DNA of 16,100 bases from IMG/VR virus record IMGVR_UViG_2778261673_000002; one strand, given 5' to 3'. The DNA comes from a virus (Duplodnaviria > Heunggongvirae > Uroviricota > Caudoviricetes). The position numbers and the translations under genes are program-made. The notes beneath the pieces were generated by a model, which was not told the origin of the DNA, searched no databases, and saw only the letters and a list, made by a program, of their open reading frames with translations. Positions 13,426-16,100 of the stretch are shown here, piece by piece; the stretch's first letter is position 1; each line of letters starts with the position of its first letter.

Positions 13426-13573
13426 GGAAACGACAGAGGCCAAAAAGCCCGTTTTCAGCACCTGTCGTTTCCTTTCTTTTCAGAGGGTATTTTAAATAAA
13501 AACATTAAGTTATGACGAAGAAGAACGGAAACGCCTTAAACCGGAAAATTTTCATAAATAGCGAAAACCCGCG
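13426..13573 (-). other. cosB: terminase (Nu1) binding region with R elements
   Basis: Three copies of the GGAAACG / CGTTTCC core at 13426-13432, 13466-13472 and 13527-13533. The first two lie in an 11-bp perfect inverted repeat GGAAACGACAG (13426-13436) / CTGTCGTTTCC (13462-13472). Sequence is the reverse complement of the lambda left end as I recall it. Confidence 0.8.
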
Positions 13574-13585
13574 AGGTCGCCGCCC
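13574..13585 (-). other. cosN cohesive-end sequence (12-nt overhang region)
   Basis: Plus strand AGGTCGCCGCCC, reverse complement GGGCGGCGACCT (the lambda cohesive end), flanked by CGCGGGTTTTCGC (left-end side) and CGTAACCTGTCGGATC (right-end side). Confidence 0.9.
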
Positions 13586-13620
13586 CGTAACCTGTCGGAT
13601 CGCCGGAAAGGACCCGCAAA

Positions 13621-13637
13621 ATGATAATAATTATCAT
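13621..13637. repeat. Perfect 17-bp palindrome ATGATAATAATTATCAT between cosN and the next ORF (candidate cosQ-proximal protein-binding site or operator)
   Basis: 8-bp arms ATGATAAT / ATTATCAT around a single central A; lies about 36-52 bp from the cosN nick position. Confidence 0.4.
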
Positions 13638-13784
13638 CTACATGTCACAACGTGCATCTACGCCATCAAACCACGTCAAATAATCAATTATGACGCAGGT
13701 ATCGTATTAATTGATCTGCATCAACTTAACGTAAAAACAACTTCAGACAATACAAATCAGTGACACTGAATACAGGGCAACCTC

Positions 13785-14018
13785 ATGTCAACGAAGAACA
13801 GAACCCGCAGAACAACAACCCGCAACATCCGCTTTCCTAACCAAATGATTGAACAAATTAACATCGCTCTTGATCAAAAAGGGTCCGGGAATTTCTCAGC
13901 CTGGGTCATTGAAGCCTGCCGCCGGAGACTGTGCTCAGAAAAAAGAGTTTCTCCTGAAGCAAACAAAGAAAAGAGTGACATTACTGAATTGCTCAGAAAA
14001 CAGGTCAGACCAGATTGA
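13785..14018 (+). CDS. Small hypothetical protein (77 aa) with ribbon-helix-helix-like N-terminal region
   Basis: ATG at 13785. The segment RNIRFPNQMIEQINIALDQKGSGNFSAWVIEACRRRL fits the RHH pattern (beta-strand, helix, G-turn, helix) of Arc/CopG-type DNA binders, with a basic N-terminus. The 5' part of the gene lies in lambda-like right-end sequence. Confidence 0.55.
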   Translation: MSTKNRTRRTTTRNIRFPNQMIEQINIALDQKGSGNFSAWVIEACRRRLCSEKRVSPEANKEKSDITELLRKQVRPD

Positions 14019-14075
14019 AGCAATTTAGATAATCGTGCAGACTACGCCCCATCATATCACATGGAAGGTACTACA

Positions 14076-14486
14076 ATGGCTCAGGTTGCCATTTTTAAAC
14101 AAATATTCGATAAAGTGCGAAATAATTTAAACTATCACTGGTTTTATTCTGAACTAAAACGTCACAATGTCTCACATTACATTTACTATTTAGCCACAGA
14201 GAATATTCATCTTGTTCTTGAAAACGATAATACGGTTTTAATAAAAGGACAGGGTAAGGTTGTAAATGTAAGATTTTCAAAAAATAAATGCCTTATAGAA
14301 GCCACCTTAAAAGGATTCAAATCAGGAGAGTTATCATTTTACGAATACAGGAAAAATCTTGCTACAGCAGGGGTTTTCAGATGGATTACAAATATCCACG
14401 AAAACAAAAGGTATTACTATACCTTTGATAATTCATTACTATTTACTGAGAACATTCAGAACACTACACAAATATTTCCGCACTAA
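14076..14486 (+). CDS. Hypothetical protein (136 aa), tentatively YbcV/DUF1398-like; AT-rich accessory gene
   Basis: ATG at 14076 preceded by GGAAGG at good spacing (the ORF-track start at 14061 is less likely). Visibly AT-rich codon usage unlike the structural genes. Size and position (between lysis genes and cos) resemble ybcV of lambdoid prophages; the family assignment is from memory and unverified. Confidence 0.55.
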   Translation: MAQVAIFKQIFDKVRNNLNYHWFYSELKRHNVSHYIYYLATENIHLVLENDNTVLIKGQGKVVNVRFSKNKCLIEATLKGFKSGELSFYEYRKNLATAGVFRWITNIHENKRYYYTFDNSLLFTENIQNTTQIFPH

Positions 14487-14531
14487 ATCATAACGTCCGG
14501 TTTCTTCCGCGCCAGAACCGGACTCGCTGGC

Positions 14532-14696
14532 ATGATGAAATATGTGTACCCGGTAACCCCGGTGTGCATCGTTTTTGATTATTCCCGCACACTCACGCAG
14601 AAGGAATTCCCCGTCGGGCTACGGTCATGGTTAATGCGGGAATACGGCGACGATACAGCGTATGATGTGTCAGGCTTGAATACCTTTATCCGTTAA
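14532..14696 (+). CDS. Possible small ORF (54 aa), hypothetical
   Basis: Hand-translated ATG..TAA ORF MMKYVYPVTPVCIVFDYSRTLTQKEFPVGLRSWLMREYGDDTAYDVSGLNTFIR, below the ORF-track length cutoff. No convincing Shine-Dalgarno; may not be expressed. Confidence 0.25.
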   Translation: MMKYVYPVTPVCIVFDYSRTLTQKEFPVGLRSWLMREYGDDTAYDVSGLNTFIR

Positions 14697-15000
14697 AAGG
14701 GATATCAGTTAAGTTATCCCGTGTAGGGTATAAGCCATTGTCGAGACCACTCATTGAATGGCCTCTGCAATAACCGATGTCTTTCCATCAGTCCGCCACC
14801 ACAAAGAATCTTTTTTGCCTTAAGGCAGGAGCTTCATCTTTCAGTGGCTGCCAGTGTTATTTCCCCACTTACTGGCTTGGGTTGTTTCGTGGTACTGCCG
14901 TTAACTGGTGGCCCAGAATAAATTCCGGTTTCATTATCAAGCCCACCCGTAAATGGGCTTTGTAATGAAGAGTTGTTATGAAAATTGCTCTAAACAAGCA

Positions 15001-15489
15001 TTAATAGCCATCAGAAGTAATCGCTACAGATTTCAATCCCTCAATGTCATCCTTGGACAGGGCGAACCATTCACCGTGCTTTCTCTTTGCGGCAAATTTG
15101 CGATGAAGCATGTTTTCAGTTTCTCTTCCACCAGGGATCAGGCACTCAAGCTTCAAGCAGTCTGGTCCAGAGTTGCCAAGCGATTTGATGCGTTGTGGAA
15201 TGTTGGATGAATACCCAATTTTGGTTAGCCCAGTTTTCTTCGATGACAAAACGTATACCTGAGGAGGTTCTTTTCTCTGGTCTTCCATTACACGTCTCAT
15301 TGTTGCCATAAGTCCGCCGTGCATCAGCATTTCAACAAAGAACGCTGACCGAACACCTGACGACTTAAGCATGCCAGAAAATTCACTTGCCAATTCCATT
15401 AACTCTGCGATGTTTTCAGGAACTTTTTGGCAGTTATCTTCCTTGTATAAGGAAATCATTCTTTGAAGCTTTTCTTCTAATTGGTTCAT
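15001..15489 (-). CDS. T5orf172 / GIY-YIG-like domain protein (162 aa) with an uncharacterised helical N-terminal region
   Basis: C-terminal segment VYVLSSKKTGLTKIGYSSNIPQRIKSL....HRKFAAKRKHGEWFALS carries the GIY / KIGxT / R / H / EWF motif series of the T5orf172 (GIY-YIG-like) family. Start placed at ATG 15489 (MNQLEEKLQ..); the ORF-track start at 15525 is a GTG. Not part of lambda as I recall it. Confidence 0.7.
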   Translation of the reverse strand: MNQLEEKLQRMISLYKEDNCQKVPENIAELMELASEFSGMLKSSGVRSAFFVEMLMHGGLMATMRRVMEDQRKEPPQVYVLSSKKTGLTKIGYSSNIPQRIKSLGNSGPDCLKLECLIPGGRETENMLHRKFAAKRKHGEWFALSKDDIEGLKSVAITSDGY

Positions 15490-15638
15490 AGCGTCTTTAC
15501 CTTTTAGAAAGTGAGCCTGTCTCACAGAAAAGCCGCCCCGAGATGGTCGCCACCATATACGGCAGTTCTCAGGCTCAACTTTCTGAAAGGCTCGGGTGAT
15601 GTAATATGCGCGTGAGATGCGCTGTGAAATTCAGATGT

Positions 15639-15662
15639 AAAAAAAGCCCCGCATCGCGAGGC
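15639..15662 (-). terminator. Intrinsic terminator downstream of Rz
   Basis: Minus-strand RNA: GCCUCGC-GAU-GCGGGGC (7-bp stem with one G-U pair) followed by UUUUUUU, about 35 nt after the Rz stop codon. Confidence 0.55.
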
Positions 15663-15695
15663 TCATTAAATGGACTTTGTGATTTGCAAAAAAAA

Positions 15696-16100
15696 TTATT
15701 TCAGGCATTGCGTCCTGATGTATTCCTGCAGGTAGTTAACCTGCGCGGTTATCTTGTCGATTCCACTTCGGAGACGGTAATAATTGAGTTCAGCATCTGC
15801 TGTAAGTCCTGGGCTTTCTCCATCGCCCATGCCGCTGGCTCCGGTCGTTGACTTTGCACAGGTGGCGGCGACTTGCAGGCGCTTACGCCCAGCAGAAACA
15901 TCAGCACGGAGACTTTCGATAGTCGCGTTAGCATCAGCAAGCTCCTTTGTGTATCTTGCATCGAGCGCAGCAACATCACGCTGACGCATCTGCATGTCAG
16001 TAATTGCCGCGTTCGCCAGCTTCAGTTCTCTGGCATTTTTGTCGCGCTGGGCTTTGTAGGTAATGGCGTTATCACGGTAATGATTAACAGCCCATGACAG
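15696..16100 (-). CDS. Rz: Spanin inner-membrane subunit Rz, C-terminal part (N-terminus lies beyond the window end)
   Basis: The frame is open from the window edge: [57 protein letters not shown]..., matching lambda Rz closely in the first ~60 residues and diverging towards the C-terminus. Confidence 0.85.
   Translation of the reverse strand: MSWAVNHYRDNAITYKAQRDKNARELKLANAAITDMQMRQRDVAALDARYTKELADANATIESLRADVSAGRKRLQVAATCAKSTTGASGMGDGESPGLTADAELNYYRLRSGIDKITAQVNYLQEYIRTQCLK
15749..15934 (-). CDS. Rz1: Spanin outer-membrane lipoprotein subunit Rz1, embedded in the +1 frame of Rz
   Basis: [20 protein letters not shown] has a signal peptide with a lipobox (VSAC), followed by a Pro-rich segment ([16 protein letters not shown]). 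Lies entirely inside Rz, as lambda Rz1 does. Start chosen at ATG 15934; the ORF-track start at 15979 is an alternative. Confidence 0.75.
   Translation of the reverse strand: MLTRLSKVSVLMFLLGVSACKSPPPVQSQRPEPAAWAMEKAQDLQQMLNSIITVSEVESTR

Noticed and set aside
14095-14280. 61-aa minus-strand ORF
   Set aside because: Antisense to, and wholly inside, the better-supported DUF1398-like plus-strand gene. AT-rich sequence gives chance open frames.
14816-14825. 10-bp palindrome GCCTTAAGGC preceded by a T-run
   Set aside because: Too short, and without a convincing stem plus U-tract geometry on either strand, to call a terminator or binding site; likely chance.
14777-15210. Plus-strand ORFs 14777..14965 (62 aa) and 14953..15210 (85 aa)
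   Set aside because: No ribosome-binding sites; the second is antisense to the T5orf172-like gene, and both have low-complexity translations.
15606-16097. Plus-strand ORFs 15606..15851, 15784..15984 and 15873..16097
   Set aside because: Antisense to Rz/Rz1, which are supported by homology, the lipobox and the embedded-gene architecture.

Overview
This window is a lambdoid (phage lambda-type) genome segment read on the minus strand: the end of the lysis cassette (Rz/Rz1), a short accessory (moron) region, an intact internal cos site, and the complete lambda-type head and tail gene set Nu1-A-W-B-C/Nu3-D-E-FI-FII-Z-U-V-G/T-H-M plus the start of L. Protein lengths, order, overlaps and the G-T slippery site match what I recall of lambda almost residue for residue; this is from memory, not a database search. 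The interval that departs from lambda is about 13.9-15.7 kb, between Rz and cos, where lambda carries bor and neighbouring small genes. Here it holds a stand-alone T5orf172/GIY-YIG-like gene, a YbcV/DUF1398-like AT-rich gene and a small RHH-like ORF. That interval is the best candidate for an undescribed accessory or defence function, but no function can be assigned from sequence alone. No rRNA, tRNA, CRISPR array, integrase or IS element was recognised.
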